A DNA stretch of 63,982 nucleotides, filler included, from Reclinomonas americana ATCC 50394 (taxonomy: Eukaryota): the NCBI GenBank assembly GCA_048213135.1. It is 13 parts of 13 records of this genome, joined end to end, with 100 filler letters (N's around TTAATTAATTAA, not from the genome) between each part and the next. Parts side by side here need not be neighbours in the genome. Positions count along the whole stretch, not along the records: positions 62,571 to 63,982 come from AFZH01020356.1; 12 more parts are not named here. One strand, given 5' to 3'. Shown here one piece after another: positions 62,704 through 63,982 of the stretch. The translations under genes were made by a program, and so were the position numbers. Below the pieces are notes generated by a model, which had not been told where the DNA came from, did no database searches, and saw only the letters and a program-made list of their open reading frames with translations. Each line of letters starts with the position of its first letter. The stretch's first letter is position 1.

Positions 62704-63903
62704 TCAATAGCGACGTCGCGACTGAGAGCTCGAGGGAGAGCTCGAGTAAACCGGCGAGTAGTATTCCGTACGACGACGGTATCTGCGCTTGGGAGGAGGC
62801 GAAGGCGAGTAGTCGTCGTCGTCGTAGCTCTCGTCGGAGAAGGACGCGGGTTCCGGCGATCGCGCACGAGCTCGAGCACGTGCTTGACGGCGGCGCTTGT
62901 TGCGCATGCGTCGCGCTCGACGGGAGCGAGTAGCGCGACTGCCGGTGCGGTTCTGCACGTCGTCGGGCGGCTCCATGGAGGCTGCTTTGTCTTTGACAAG
63001 ACGCAGCGCAGCACCCACGAGAGTCTCCTCTTTGGCGCCGAAGTCCGGCAACCCGGACCATGCACAGCCGACGGCGTGTGCCTCCGCAGCGGTACTCAGA
63101 CTCACTTGCGGGGTGGTATGTACCACGACTTGCGGACACGCCTTGGCAAGCTCGCTGTACAGCGTTCGCTTATCGGTGTCCGTGAGATGCCACACCGCTG
63201 CGGGCCACGCGAGAGAATCGCTCTCAGGCATGCAGGCCACGATTTCGCGCGCGAACTCAAGGGTCGCAAAATACGCAATCTCAGCGATCGCCTTCTCCCG
63301 CTCCACCCCGATGTTGACGGCCGCGCGTCGTATCATCGGCAGCAGTGTGCGCAGGAGTTGCAGGGCAGGAAGATCCTCTGCCTCACCCACATGCGTGCTG
63401 GCGAGCGATGCCACAAAAGCATGCTGCTCCATGTCACGCAGAATCGTCGTCTCTCGCGTACGATTGGGGTTTGCAATCGGCGGCGGTGGCGGCGGCGGCA
63501 CGGGAGGGGCCGGAGAGACGTTGGTACCCGGCACTGCTGCCAGGATCGCTTTCAGCGAATCCATCAACGCTTGCAACTCTCGATCTCCGCCCTCCGCAAG
63601 AACACTCTTCTCGGCCGAGTGGTGGCTTTTCTCGCCACGCGAGTGTGCATGCGCTGGCGCAGCAGACCGCTTCTTTACATCACGCGATCGCGACCGATCT
63701 TCACCGCCGCTGCGGAACGTGATGGTGCCGCCCTCCTCGTCTTCATTGTCGTCGACGTCATAACGATCGGCTTCGTCGCGATCAGTTGGTGTCAATGCAC
63801 GAGCTCGAGTTGAAGAGCTCGACCCGTGGCCACCGCAGGCGAGCGGTGCATTCGGCAGAATCGCACGCGGGGCGCTGTTGCTGCTGTTGGGCTTGCGGCT
63901 CAT
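62704..63903 (-). CDS. Intronless hypothetical protein (~400 aa) with Pro-rich linker and Arg/Ser-rich C-terminus
   Basis: Uninterrupted ORF from ATG 63903 with GC-rich codons; no family recognised. Confidence 0.55.
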   Translation of the reverse strand: MSRKPNSSNSAPRAILPNAPLACGGHGSSSSTRARALTPTDRDEADRYDVDDNEDEEGGTITFRSGGEDRSRSRDVKKRSAAPAHAHSRGEKSHHSAEKSVLAEGGDRELQALMDSLKAILAAVPGTNVSPAPPVPPPPPPPIANPNRTRETTILRDMEQHAFVASLASTHVGEAEDLPALQLLRTLLPMIRRAAVNIGVEREKAIAEIAYFATLEFAREIVACMPESDSLAWPAAVWHLTDTDKRTLYSELAKACPQVVVHTTPQVSLSTAAEAHAVGCAWSGLPDFGAKEETLVGAALRLVKDKAASMEPPDDVQNRTGSRATRSRRARRMRNKRRRQARARARARSPEPASFSDESYDDDDYSPSPPPKRRYRRRTEYYSPVYSSSPSSSQSRRRY

Positions 63904-63982
63904 GAGTGCTCCTGCGTTGCAAAACAAATGTCAGGTGCGCGCAACGGCCCAATTCCAATTTATTGGACTTCTCTACACGCAA

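Noticed and set aside
62671..63813. Long plus-strand ORFs (380 aa and 288 aa) overlapping the minus-strand ORF
   Set aside because: Antisense shadows typical of GC-rich coding DNA; the same applies to many ORFs opposite the NLR and kinesin genes.

Overview
Scaffolded genomic DNA from an intron-rich, flagellated microbial eukaryote; the lineage cannot be identified from sequence alone. Thirteen contigs are joined by 100-nt N spacers carrying TTAATTAATTAA. Introns are mostly 50-90 nt and often have GTGCG/GTTGCG donors. Recognisable conserved genes are a SPAG6/PF16 pseudogene, a MOV10/SDE3-like RNA helicase, glyoxalase II, an ODF3/STPG-repeat protein, SNAPC3, UBC9 and a kinesin. Two accessory systems stand out. 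(1) A tandem pair of NLR-like NB-ARC-TPR genes shares upstream region, first exon and NB-ARC-TPR body but carries different intron-bounded effector cassettes: a caspase-like C14 protease in one, a DZIP3-like HEPN-like domain in the other, which also ends in a CaaX box. (2) Three co-oriented secreted MACPF (perforin-like) genes form a compact cluster; two are fused to Kelch propellers, and an FN3 type-I membrane protein lies head-to-head with one of them. A membrane protein with TM-PH-like-Zn finger-LysM-UBA-like architecture lies nearby. All gene models were spliced by eye, so boundaries are approximate and domain calls rest on motif recognition, not database searches.
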